Part shown: piece after piece, positions 25,979 through 34,504 of the stretch
How the letters are laid out: the number at the start of each line of letters is the position of its first letter
Position numbering within the stretch: the first letter of the stretch is position 1
Sequence record: LC727698.1
Strand: one strand, 5' to 3'
Length of the DNA stretch: 64,000 nucleotides
Made by a program: the position numbers and the translations under genes
The notes under the pieces: generated by a model
Told to the model about the DNA's origin: nothing
The model's database searches: none
The model's input: the letters and a program-made list of their open reading frames with translations, nothing else

Positions 25979-26140
25979 ATGATAAATGTAGGCGACGATG
26001 TTATTATTAAAACCGAATTTGGCGAGACAAGCGGCATTGTTATAAAATTTATATCTAATAAAACTATTGCTATAGTAGAATTAGAAGACGGTAACGAAAT
26101 AGAAATAGGCAAAGGCGACTTAGAGTTGAGTAATAAATAA
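25979..26140 (+). CDS. small KOW/SH3-like protein (53 aa, not in ORF track)
   Basis: MINVGDDVIIKTEFGETSGIVIKFISNKTIAIVELEDGNEIEIGKGDLELSNK; TAAGGA RBS; fills the gap after ligase. Confidence 0.7.
   Translation: MINVGDDVIIKTEFGETSGIVIKFISNKTIAIVELEDGNEIEIGKGDLELSNK
26132..26139 (+). promoter_or_regulatory. late promoter (AATAAATA)
   Basis: Upstream of fibre-like ORF 26160. Confidence 0.5.
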
Positions 26141-26159
26141 TAAAAAAGGATATATTATT

Positions 26160-26669
26160 ATGACATTACCTTCTTCGGGTTCTCTTTCTACACAGCAAAT
26201 TAACGTTGAATTAGGAAATCCACAAGATGCTCGGTTAGATGTAAACGCTGCCGAAATGAGGATATTATGTGGTGCAGCAACTACAGGGCAAGTAAGTATT
26301 GCTGGCGCATATGGTAGAATGCCAACAGGACAATATATATTAACTTCTGCTCAGTTGCAAGCTGCACCGAATGCCCAATATGGATATAGAGTGTTTGCAA
26401 CAGGTTCTAAAATAAACAATATTGTTTTTAAAGGATACAATTTAACTATAGTTGCATGGAATGATTACGATAAAGTGCTAGGAATAGGTGTCGATCAAAC
26501 TAATGCACCAACCAACTTAGTAACTAATTTCTGGAGTTCTGTAACTGGTTATTTAGGTGCACCAACACAATATACTTCAGATTTGGGAGGTAATACAGTA
26601 TACGGATGGACCTGGAATGGTACAAATCCATTCCCTGTATCTTCGGTTCAAATGGTGCAAATTGTGTAA
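26160..26669 (+). CDS. putative small tail-fibre/virion appendage protein
   Basis: M.LPSSG.LS...I..E.G...S...YG N-terminal module seen in phage fibre tip proteins. Confidence 0.55.
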   Translation: MTLPSSGSLSTQQINVELGNPQDARLDVNAAEMRILCGAATTGQVSIAGAYGRMPTGQYILTSAQLQAAPNAQYGYRVFATGSKINNIVFKGYNLTIVAWNDYDKVLGIGVDQTNAPTNLVTNFWSSVTGYLGAPTQYTSDLGGNTVYGWTWNGTNPFPVSSVQMVQIV

Positions 26670-26698
26670 AATAAAAGGGCATTGAGCCCTTTTATTTT
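26668..26698 (+). terminator. rho-independent terminator
   Basis: AAAATAAAAGGGC-attga-GCCCTTTTATTTT. Confidence 0.85.
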
Positions 26699-26730
26699 AT
26701 CATAATTGTGTATATATTTTATATATTTGG

Positions 26731-26739
26731 TGTTATAAT
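26731..26739 (+). promoter_or_regulatory. extended -10 promoter
   Basis: TGtTATAAT upstream of the exonuclease; no clear -35. Confidence 0.5.
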
Positions 26740-26765
26740 GTATACAATAACAAGAGAATATTATA

Positions 26766-27539
26766 ATGACACCACGTTTAAAGGAATTACTAGAATCACT
26801 TATAATTTTAGATACAGAAACTACACATTTAGATACTCGTGTAGCAGAAATAATAGAATTAGGTATAGCGTCTTATACTAACAAATGGACTTATAGTAGT
26901 GAATTATTTAAACCCAGAGTTAATCATGCGCAAATAACTCCTAAAATAAGTTCTATAACTGGCATAACAGATCGTATGGTAGAAGGAAAACCTACTTTTG
27001 CCGATGTAGTCGACCAATACAAATCTATTACAAGCTGCCAACTAATAGTTGCACACAATGCTCCGTATGATAAAAAGGTATTAGAGAGATATAACATAGC
27101 ATCTAGCACTAATTGGTTGTGTACTTTAAAACTTGCACGATATGCATATCAAACCGATCCTACTTTTGAAGAATTTAAATTATCTTATCTAAGATATAAA
27201 TTAATGTTAGATATTCCTGACGATTTCGTAGCGCATAGAGCAGGAGAAGATGCATATATGTGCGGTGTATTATTGGAACGAATAGTAACTGATTTAGAGT
27301 CTAAGAATAAATTAGATAGTGATATACCGTATGCAGATCAACTTATAGAAATATCTAATAAGCCGTTAATGCTTTCGTCTATGCCATTTGGCAAACATAA
27401 AGATAAACCCTTAGATGAAGTTCCAATGGACTATTGGATTTGGGCATTAAATAATTTAGATGCATTAGACGAAACAAAACCCGAATATAATAGAGACTTA
27501 GCGTATACATTAGAACAATATTTGAGCGACAAGATATAA
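26766..27539 (+). CDS. DEDDh 3'-5' exonuclease (ExoX/epsilon-like) with C-terminal MPFGK module
   Basis: DTETT, AHNAPYD, WLCTLKLAR, AHRAGED, MPFGKHK..PL.EVP.DY..W. Confidence 0.9.
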   Translation: MTPRLKELLESLIILDTETTHLDTRVAEIIELGIASYTNKWTYSSELFKPRVNHAQITPKISSITGITDRMVEGKPTFADVVDQYKSITSCQLIVAHNAPYDKKVLERYNIASSTNWLCTLKLARYAYQTDPTFEEFKLSYLRYKLMLDIPDDFVAHRAGEDAYMCGVLLERIVTDLESKNKLDSDIPYADQLIEISNKPLMLSSMPFGKHKDKPLDEVPMDYWIWALNNLDALDETKPEYNRDLAYTLEQYLSDKI

Positions 27540-27565
27540 AAATGCCCCGTACGGGGCATTTTTAT
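27536..27565. terminator. 30-bp perfect palindrome, bidirectional terminator
   Basis: ATAAAAATGCCCCGT|ACGGGGCATTTTTAT between convergent genes. Confidence 0.85.
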
Positions 27566-27933
27566 CTATCCATAATATTTCCGGGACCATATGGAATATC
27601 GTTGTATTGTTTATAACTAGGATCTATTTTTTGGTAAGGCTCAAACGGTAATCCTGCACGTTCTTTTGCCATTTGTAAACCTCTAAAACCAGGAGATTGT
27701 GTATCGTCGTTTTTTGGATGATTATTAAATGGTTTGTTGGCAGGATTTTTCGGAATAGTTTTAAATACAGGAGTCGGTCCGTCACCTGTCATACCCAAAA
27801 CTGCATATCTCTTAATCTGTTTTTGATTATTAGTATATAATTCTGGATTGTAAAATGCATCAATGTCAGTGTTTGCAGCACCGTACAATTCTATATGTGT
27901 TTTATTTTCTAGTATTATTTCTTTTATTTTCAT
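27562..27933 (-). CDS. hypothetical late protein
   Basis: Reverse complement of 27901-27950 reads ATG AAA ATA AAA GAA ATA (MKIKEI), so the gene is on the minus strand; stop TAA at 27564-27562. Confidence 0.7.
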   Translation of the reverse strand: MKIKEIILENKTHIELYGAANTDIDAFYNPELYTNNQKQIKRYAVLGMTGDGPTPVFKTIPKNPANKPFNNHPKNDDTQSPGFRGLQMAKERAGLPFEPYQKIDPSYKQYNDIPYGPGNIMDR

Positions 27934-27938
27934 AACAA

Positions 27939-27946
27939 TATTTATC
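27939..27946 (-). promoter_or_regulatory. late promoter (GATAAATA), minus strand
   Basis: TATTTATC on plus strand, 5 nt upstream of ATG 27933. Confidence 0.6.
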
Positions 27947-27967
27947 ATACTAAACTTTAATTATAAC

Positions 27968-27996
27968 TAGACGATGTATAATAACATTGCTATTAT
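27968..27996 (+). promoter_or_regulatory. sigma70 promoter of clpP
   Basis: TAGACG-17-TATTAT with TGn extension. Confidence 0.7.
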
Positions 27997-28029
27997 ATAC
28001 ACAACGTAAACAAACACAGGACTTATTAT

Positions 28030-28701
28030 ATGAGCTACAATTATACAGCACAAGGACAATATCCTACCGAAGCTGGTTTGATCCCCATGGTTGTCGAAAA
28101 TAACGGCAACGGCGAACGTAGTTGGGATATTTATTCCCGTCTTCTAAAAGAGCGTATTGTTTTTCTTAATGGTCCAGTTCGCGACGAGATGGCATCCGTA
28201 ATTGTTGCCCAGCTTCTTTTCCTCGAATCGGAATCGGCAGAACAGCCCGTTTCGATGTATATTAACTCTCCGGGCGGCAGCGTTACTGCTGGTTTGTCTA
28301 TTTATAACACGATGGAATATATTTCGTGTCCCGTTAATACCATCGTGTTGGGCCAAGCATGCAGTATGGGGTCTTTCCTAGCACAAGCAGGTACTCCGGG
28401 GCATCGTTACGTGTCTAGCGAATCCCGCACTATGATTCATCGAGCCAGCGGCGGCTTCGGGGGATTCGGCGGCACAACTCAACAAGTTGAGTTAGGAATT
28501 GAAGATGCTGTCCGCCATGCGGCAGAACTATCTAAAATTAACAAGCGTCTCACTGAGCTGTATGTTCATCATAACACTGCCGGCAAGACGTTCGACGAAT
28601 TTATCGAAATTATGAAATTCGACACATTCCTCTCTGCTCAAGAAGCAGTTGAGTTCGGGTTGGCAGACAAAGTATTCCGCACTAAAGCTGACCTGAAGTA
28701 A
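28030..28701 (+). CDS. clpP: ATP-dependent Clp protease proteolytic subunit
   Basis: [20 protein letters not shown], Ser (ACSMG), His (MIH), Asp (DTF). Confidence 0.96.
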   Translation: MSYNYTAQGQYPTEAGLIPMVVENNGNGERSWDIYSRLLKERIVFLNGPVRDEMASVIVAQLLFLESESAEQPVSMYINSPGGSVTAGLSIYNTMEYISCPVNTIVLGQACSMGSFLAQAGTPGHRYVSSESRTMIHRASGGFGGFGGTTQQVELGIEDAVRHAAELSKINKRLTELYVHHNTAGKTFDEFIEIMKFDTFLSAQEAVEFGLADKVFRTKADLK

Positions 28702-28729
28702 CTATTCACTGTAGCTGGTGATAATTTAA

Positions 28730-28752
28730 GGGGACTTCGGTCCCCTTTTTTT
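28730..28752 (+). terminator. UUCG-loop rho-independent terminator
   Basis: GGGAC-ttcg-GTCCC, c, T8. Confidence 0.9.
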
Positions 28753-28824
28753 GTGTGAGCATTATTTGTTTAAGGTAAATTAAATAACACTATATAAATG
28801 TTGTGTGTAGTGTTTTAAATGCAT

Positions 28825-28853
28825 TAAAAACCCCGCATTATGCGGGGTTTTTA
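28825..28853. terminator. bidirectional terminator
   Basis: TAAAAACCCCGCA-tta-TGCGGGGTTTTTA, downstream of minus-strand ORF 29141. Confidence 0.85.
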
Positions 28854-28910
28854 GTAATTGTGTTACAGCACAAACACATAAACATTATACGCTAAATTGT
28901 GTTAAAAATG

Positions 28911-29141
28911 CTACTCGTCTATGTAATATTTAATGCGTTGAAATACTAATTCATCATATTCTTTAAATCTTACACGGGTTCCTAGCCTAACACATTTGTT
29001 TATCCCGAGCTCTGCTACTACATCTATAGCATCTTTTATATTTTTGAACTGTAATTGGTTGTTTTCCCAAGAATTCCAGTTTGTAATATATGTTTTTGCA
29101 TGCATATAAGATTCGCCGTATGTTTTTTGCTCTTCAGACAT
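28911..29141 (-). CDS. hypothetical protein
   Basis: Reverse complement gives AGGAAAATACA-ATG TCT GAA GAG (MSEE); TAG stop at 28913-28911. Confidence 0.65.
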   Translation of the reverse strand: MSEEQKTYGESYMHAKTYITNWNSWENNQLQFKNIKDAIDVVAELGINKCVRLGTRVRFKEYDELVFQRIKYYIDE

Positions 29142-29172
29142 TGTATTTTCCTATATATTAAACGAAAACAAC

Positions 29173-29200
29173 TTGCTTTTGTATAAAATTATGTTATAAT
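29173..29200 (+). promoter_or_regulatory. sigma70 promoter
   Basis: TTGCTT-16-TATAAT with TGt extension. Confidence 0.6.
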
Positions 29201-29228
29201 TCTAGCATAATAAAAAGGAGTAAGTCAA

Positions 29229-29486
29229 ATGGATTTTAGTAATCTTCCTAAGAAACAATACACCACTACGGGAAACTATGTACAGGCTACTACTATTTTT
29301 AAAAATAAAAATACAGAATGGACTTTTGTAGATCTAGAACTAGATTTATCTGATATTGTAAATAAATCTTTGGTAATTTGGTGTGATGAAAACGTAGAAT
29401 CTAAATGGACCATGCTCGGCGGATCTAAATTTGGGTTCGAAGATGGCTCGGAAGCGCTAATGTTCAAATTACAGTTTGGACTTTAA
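29229..29486 (+). CDS. small protein, WCxEN paralogue family
   Basis: IWCDENV..KW...FGF..GSEALMFKL; AAGGAG RBS. Confidence 0.7.
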   Translation: MDFSNLPKKQYTTTGNYVQATTIFKNKNTEWTFVDLELDLSDIVNKSLVIWCDENVESKWTMLGGSKFGFEDGSEALMFKLQFGL

Positions 29487-29501
29487 TAGGAGCTAATAGC
29501 A

Positions 29502-29702
29502 ATGATGAGCCTAGATGATAAATTGCAAATTATAAATTCTTCTAGTTTAGAAGATTTGTATATTTTCCAAGAAACTTACAGTAAGCTATTAGAAGATAAT
29601 AGGTATTGTTATGATAAAGATGTTGAAATACTTTGTTCAACAACTAATGAGCGTATTAGGCAAATCTCACGAGAATTCATCAACAATACGCATAGATCCT
29701 AA
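29502..29702 (+). CDS. hypothetical protein
   Basis: 66 aa, AGGAG RBS. Confidence 0.6.
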   Translation: MMSLDDKLQIINSSSLEDLYIFQETYSKLLEDNRYCYDKDVEILCSTTNERIRQISREFINNTHRS

Positions 29703-29868
29703 TCCCCACACTGCAGAAACATTACACGAACTTATACTCTGGTGCAATGAAAATTGTAGATACAAATGGGAATTAGATGTAGAACATAATTCAGGTAAAA
29801 TTACTAGATATATATTTACTTTTAGAAATAAAGAAGAAGCAGTAACATTTGGATTAATACATAAATGA
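29647..29868 (+). CDS. small protein, WCxEN paralogue family
   Basis: LWCNENC..KW...FTF..KEEAVTFGL; start uncertain. Confidence 0.6.
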   Translation: MSVLGKSHENSSTIRIDPNPHTAETLHELILWCNENCRYKWELDVEHNSGKITRYIFTFRNKEEAVTFGLIHK

Positions 29869-30899
29869 TTAGAATACCGGAAGAAATTTTTGTAGGAACT
29901 AGAATTCCCAATACATCAGGAACACAAAAAACTAACCAAATTCCTGCCGGCGGAATGTGTCCTTACGAAAAAACAAGACACCAGAAAATGGAGTCTATAA
30001 ATAGATATTATAAAAATAGCACCACTGTATACGCAAACCAGCCCTTGCCGGGATTTACTATAATTAAATCATCGACTTGGCGAGGAAATACTAGTCTGTG
30101 GACTGTATGTGATCCTAGAGGGTTTACAATAGAGATAAGCTCAAACAACATTACTTCTATTCTAAGTTGTGGCAGCATCTCAGAAGGATTAATCCAAGAC
30201 AAATGTGTGTGGGGATATGATTCTGGTGAAAACGTGTTAATACCGGAATCGTCTAGTCTATATAAATCTGCCAGAGAAAATACTAAACTATTAGAGTCGA
30301 AAATTAAATTATCCGAAGTTCCTATAGGATCTTGGGTGAAATTAAAATCTAAAGTAGAGTGCGTATATCTAGGATCATTTAATTTTATAGAACTTTGCGG
30401 ACAATATTATTATCAAACTAAGAGTCATTCATATGAATTACTATCTACTGCAAAGAAAAAATTGCTCTTTGCAAAAATAGATAATATTAGTAATACATTA
30501 ACATATTTTATAGAATCTACAAATAAGATTGCAACTGTAGGTAATGTATTAGACGAGTTTAGTGACAAAGATGTAAATAGGGATAATTTTAATAAAATTG
30601 CATCAGATCAATACACTAAACTAGACAAATACGATTGTATTGTGCCTTTTAATATCTTTGGTGCATTTAACAAAAAAGTAGAAATAGAAAATGTAAATGT
30701 ATCTAGTGATATAGACGAACATGCATATTCTATAAAATTAATGTACCACGTAATGGGACATTTTACACTTGGTAGACGCAATTATAATTATTATATATTT
30801 AAACCGGATGGCACGCATAAATTATCTGTAGAATGGAATTCTAGAAATCCATTGCCAAGTACAACAGAACACGGATATTTGAATATTAAATTTAAATAA
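29865..30899 (+). CDS. hypothetical protein
   Basis: 344 aa; N.PLPGF...W.V.DPRGF.IEI...CVW pattern. Confidence 0.65.
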   Translation: MIRIPEEIFVGTRIPNTSGTQKTNQIPAGGMCPYEKTRHQKMESINRYYKNSTTVYANQPLPGFTIIKSSTWRGNTSLWTVCDPRGFTIEISSNNITSILSCGSISEGLIQDKCVWGYDSGENVLIPESSSLYKSARENTKLLESKIKLSEVPIGSWVKLKSKVECVYLGSFNFIELCGQYYYQTKSHSYELLSTAKKKLLFAKIDNISNTLTYFIESTNKIATVGNVLDEFSDKDVNRDNFNKIASDQYTKLDKYDCIVPFNIFGAFNKKVEIENVNVSSDIDEHAYSIKLMYHVMGHFTLGRRNYNYYIFKPDGTHKLSVEWNSRNPLPSTTEHGYLNIKFK

Positions 30900-31375
30900 T
30901 GAACATATTAGATAAAAAATGGAAAACCAGGTTAATAGAATTAACTAAATTAATAGCGTCTTGGTCTAAAGATCCATCTACTAAAACGGGTGCATTAATT
31001 GTAACTAAAACCGGAGAACCTGTTAGTTTTGGGTTTAATGGGTTTCCGAAGGGAGTAGATGACGACGAATCTCTTTATAATAATAGAGAGTTTAAGTTAT
31101 TAGCGTGCGAGCACGCAGAACGAAATGCAATATATCAAGCTACTGTATCATTAAAAGGATGTGTTTTATATACAACTCATCATCCGTGTGCATCTTGTGC
31201 AAGGGCTATTATTCAGTCCGGAATAACACATGTTATAATAGACGAATCTATATTAATACAAGACACTGGATATAATGACCGATGGACAGAAGAATTAAAA
31301 GTATCTAAATGGCTATTTAATCAAGCAAACGTAACAGTATTAACGTCAGGGGATGACAATGAGCACAAACAATAA
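30899..31375 (+). CDS. dCMP deaminase
   Basis: SKDPST..GA, GFNGFP, HAE.NAI, PC..CA. Confidence 0.93.
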   Translation: MNILDKKWKTRLIELTKLIASWSKDPSTKTGALIVTKTGEPVSFGFNGFPKGVDDDESLYNNREFKLLACEHAERNAIYQATVSLKGCVLYTTHHPCASCARAIIQSGITHVIIDESILIQDTGYNDRWTEELKVSKWLFNQANVTVLTSGDDNEHKQ

Positions 31376-31760
31376 TTATACTAAATTTGTACAGAAACTA
31401 CTTAGTGAACCGAGTTCTAATTTTGATGCATATATCGATGCACTAAAAAAGCTCAAAGCAAATGGCTGTAAGATAGAAACATTAGATACTGCAAGCCAAG
31501 GTATGCTAGCAGAATCGGGTGAATTTGGGGAAATTGTTAAGAAACTTAAATATCAAGGAAAAGAATATACAGATGATGTAGTATATCATCTAAAACGAGA
31601 ATTAGGCGACGTAATGTTCTATGTTGTTTCGGCTTGTATTGCACTCGATATTTCCCTAGATGAAATAATTGGCATGAATGTGGAAAAACTAGAGGCACGG
31701 TATCCGGGAGGAAAATTTAATGTCTATGAATCCGAAGTTCGGAAAGAATCCGATATATAA
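31359..31760 (+). CDS. MazG-like NTP pyrophosphohydrolase
   Basis: G...ESGEF.EIVKK, ELGDV..Y, N..KL..RYP. Confidence 0.9.
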   Translation: MSTNNNYTKFVQKLLSEPSSNFDAYIDALKKLKANGCKIETLDTASQGMLAESGEFGEIVKKLKYQGKEYTDDVVYHLKRELGDVMFYVVSACIALDISLDEIIGMNVEKLEARYPGGKFNVYESEVRKESDI

Positions 31761-32157
31761 CAATATTTATAAAGATATAAGTGGTCAAAGAGACGTATCT
31801 AGTGATCCATTTAAATTATATAATAATCCGTTAATGACTCATTTTGATGTAGCAGAACACATGTGTTTTGTCAAAACAGTATGCGGAAGGATTGTACCGT
31901 TATGCAATATATTAGAACTTTCTGAAAAGGTTACGGTCGATTGCGACGCAGGAATTGTGGATATAATCTCAGATAACCAGGCGCAGCTTTATATAAATTG
32001 CAAAACACAGGGAGGAACTGCATGGTATGGTGTTGATGTGTCACCTGATAATTATAGAGAATGTTTAGGTGAGGAATTCTATTATCAAAATTATGCTATA
32101 GTGAAACATGCAATTATCTTGGCTTGGACAAAATATATGTTGCAACATGCGCAGTAA
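31720..32157 (+). CDS. hypothetical protein
   Basis: 145-aa ORF, start uncertain. Confidence 0.5.
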   Translation: MSMNPKFGKNPIYNNIYKDISGQRDVSSDPFKLYNNPLMTHFDVAEHMCFVKTVCGRIVPLCNILELSEKVTVDCDAGIVDIISDNQAQLYINCKTQGGTAWYGVDVSPDNYRECLGEEFYYQNYAIVKHAIILAWTKYMLQHAQ

Positions 32158-32168
32158 TAATATATTAT
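32140..32168 (+). promoter_or_regulatory. sigma70 promoter
   Basis: TTGCAA-17-TATTAT. Confidence 0.65.
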
Positions 32169-32204
32169 AAGTACAAATCAACATAACTACCGGGTATCAA
32201 CGCA

Positions 32205-32474
32205 ATGTCTACGAACAGCAACGCCAAGGATGTTAAGTTCGAAATCGACTTCGACGACGTTGAGCAGTTTAATAAATTTGTTTCTTTTATGAACAGTCAG
32301 TTTGGTCATGGTAGAAAAAATTGGTCGGCAGGATCGCCGCGGTATTCTATTAAACGGATTCTCTCGCAGCGTTCTGCCCGGTTTGTTAGAACTAAAAAGC
32401 CGTTTCCGGTTCGTGTGTACAATACCGACATGGATGCTGAACATATTCTTGTTCTAATAAAACTTTGTTTATAA
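32205..32474 (+). CDS. hypothetical early protein
   Basis: 89 aa, GC-richer codons, own sigma70 promoter. Confidence 0.65.
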   Translation: MSTNSNAKDVKFEIDFDDVEQFNKFVSFMNSQFGHGRKNWSAGSPRYSIKRILSQRSARFVRTKKPFPVRVYNTDMDAEHILVLIKLCL

Positions 32475-32488
32475 TAAAAGGTAAAGGA

Positions 32489-32749
32489 ATGAAAGTATTA
32501 GTCACGGAAGACTCAACAATAATACCACTAAACACAATTGCCGAAGTTAAGTACCAGAAATCCACGGAAGAGTATGTAGTTTCTTTTATATCTGGAAAAA
32601 TTAGAATAGAAATTCTAACAAAATATGGGCGTACTCATATAGTAAATTTAAGGGATCAATCGAATATAGATGCATCATTTGCTACTGCTAGTGATGAAGT
32701 TATTTATAAAAAATTTCTAGATTCGTGGATTTTGTCGCTGAAACCTTAG
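32489..32749 (+). CDS. hypothetical protein
   Basis: ATG 32489 with AAGGA RBS. Confidence 0.6.
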   Translation: MKVLVTEDSTIIPLNTIAEVKYQKSTEEYVVSFISGKIRIEILTKYGRTHIVNLRDQSNIDASFATASDEVIYKKFLDSWILSLKP

Positions 32750-32769
32750 GCAACTTTTTGAAAAGAAAG

Positions 32770-32982
32770 ATGCTAAAAATTACGATTAAATCTGATTATA
32801 ATAATACAAGAAAAATTAGAAAATGGCTATTTACTGAGTTTAGAAATGATATAGGGTGGCACGACATGTTTAAAGACGGAGAACGATACGAAGTATTTTA
32901 TTTTAATTCACCCGAATCTGAAATAATAGCTAGGATAAAATACCCATATATATTTATTAATGGAATATCAGAAAGAACATGA
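32770..32982 (+). CDS. small hypothetical protein, distant WCxEN-family member
   Basis: KW...F...GW....YEVFYF..PES.I.A.I. Confidence 0.5.
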   Translation: MLKITIKSDYNNTRKIRKWLFTEFRNDIGWHDMFKDGERYEVFYFNSPESEIIARIKYPYIFINGISERT

Positions 32983-33314
32983 AAAAATTATATTCCGATT
33001 ATTTAGTATCTGAAGATAATCCCTTGATGTACATGAGCACTAAACCTGTTTATTATAGTAGATGGTCGCCTGCTTGTAAGGATTACTCTAGTGATGAAAT
33101 AGATTCATATAGAAGAAAAATAGTTAATATAATAAAAGACATGCGCCGGACTTCTGAATTCGTCGGAGTAGCTATAGACGCCAATGACTTCAAATATATT
33201 GCTTTTAAGAATCACGACGATGCTGTGTATTTTACTCTAAGTGTTGGATCTGAATTTACTAGAGTATATGCATGGCGCACTGGTTTACTTTTTCATATAA
33301 CGACAAATGACTAA
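32979..33314 (+). CDS. hypothetical protein
   Basis: YIAFKNHDDAVYFTL resembles the WCxEN-family C-terminal motif. Confidence 0.55.
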   Translation: MKKLYSDYLVSEDNPLMYMSTKPVYYSRWSPACKDYSSDEIDSYRRKIVNIIKDMRRTSEFVGVAIDANDFKYIAFKNHDDAVYFTLSVGSEFTRVYAWRTGLLFHITTND

Positions 33315-33609
33315 ACACTGGGACCTATCAAAGTATTCTGTAGATATAGGCGGCGAAGACGGAAATGTATTTTTCCTTGTGGCAAGAATAAAACGAATAA
33401 TACAAGAATTATATTCTTCAGAAGATTCTATAATATTTGCTAAAATGGCTTGGTTTAAAGATTATGAAGCCATTGGGATCGATGCGAAACCGACATACTC
33501 AGATATACTAAACAGAATTATAGAACTTACAAATATTACCTACATTAGTACATATAAATTGCCACTAGACGACGTACATTATACGCTTTATACTACGCAT
33601 ATACTTTAA
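33307..33609 (+). CDS. hypothetical protein
   Basis: VDI.G.DGNVF.L motif of small phage proteins. Confidence 0.6.
   Translation: MTKHWDLSKYSVDIGGEDGNVFFLVARIKRIIQELYSSEDSIIFAKMAWFKDYEAIGIDAKPTYSDILNRIIELTNITYISTYKLPLDDVHYTLYTTHIL
33566..33594 (+). promoter_or_regulatory. sigma70 promoter
   Basis: TAGACG-17-TATACT. Confidence 0.7.
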
Positions 33610-33631
33610 TAACCGCCGCTGGAGACATGCA

Positions 33632-34132
33632 ATGGCAACTGTGAACCAAAAAAATACTTCTGTAAATGCCCAAGCTACCGATGCAAATGCAGATCCACTA
33701 GCGCACCGCAAGGTAATCGGGGAAAAAGAGAAAAAAGCTATTGCTCGTAAAATGCGAGTATTGCGACTGAAATATTTTTTCGCCGAATTAAAGGAAAAAA
33801 TTTGCAGTATTAGTTTTACTAAACATCATCTAATTCATTGGCGAAATACTATGTGGCTCAACGCTGCATTTTTTCTCCGCGGCTTAGTAGGGATTATGAC
33901 CTTCGGCCTTGTTGAGTTAGAACTAACTGGCAAACCGTCTACTTACCGAGCTGTTTCTGCTGCTGTGCTCCGAGAGAACCTGGAGCGACAGCTAGCAGAA
34001 ACAGAAGCATATAAGTCCGGAGAACAAGTCCTAGTAGGTACTAGTAGTTCGGATTCAAAACGGCAAACAGTTGCCGATGCGAGTGAAGATGAGTTGGACG
34101 ACTGGCTCAAGCACTTTTCCGGACGCAGCTAA
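33632..34132 (+). CDS. hypothetical early protein
   Basis: 166 aa, GGAG RBS, GC-richer codons, one hydrophobic segment. Confidence 0.7.
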   Translation: MATVNQKNTSVNAQATDANADPLAHRKVIGEKEKKAIARKMRVLRLKYFFAELKEKICSISFTKHHLIHWRNTMWLNAAFFLRGLVGIMTFGLVELELTGKPSTYRAVSAAVLRENLERQLAETEAYKSGEQVLVGTSSSDSKRQTVADASEDELDDWLKHFSGRS

Positions 34133-34147
34133 GACCTGCATAGTTGT

Positions 34148-34177
34148 AAAAGGGCACTTGACAAGTGCCCTTTTTTT
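34148..34177 (+). terminator. terminator overlapping a -35 box
   Basis: AAAAGGGCACTTG-a-CAAGTGCCCTTTT plus T tract. Confidence 0.85.
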
Positions 34178-34187
34178 GCCATATAAT
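34158..34187 (+). promoter_or_regulatory. sigma70 promoter within the terminator
   Basis: TTGACA-18-TATAAT. Confidence 0.7.
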
Positions 34188-34207
34188 ATAGGAAAAGGAA
34201 TTTCTAT

Positions 34208-34504
34208 ATGATTAACGGCGATTGGTCTAAATTAACAGATGAAGAATTGCAGTCTAGATTGATGAAAGCAAGGGAATATTTAAATCAAGCACATATGGCT
34301 GGCCATCATACATTAATACACAGTGTAGAAATAACACTGGCACAACTAGAAGAAGAATACGAATACAGGATGACCAAGGCACGTAATGAGCAATTAACAA
34401 AAGAAAATATGGCAAAAGGTATAGATCCCCTTGCTCCTATTAATTTAGGTAAAGTATCGGGTGACCCAACTGCATTAGACCGTATAACAAAAAGGAACAA
34501 ATAA
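34208..34504 (+). CDS. hypothetical protein
   Basis: 98 aa, coiled-coil-like. Confidence 0.65.
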   Translation: MINGDWSKLTDEELQSRLMKAREYLNQAHMAGHHTLIHSVEITLAQLEEEYEYRMTKARNEQLTKENMAKGIDPLAPINLGKVSGDPTALDRITKRNK

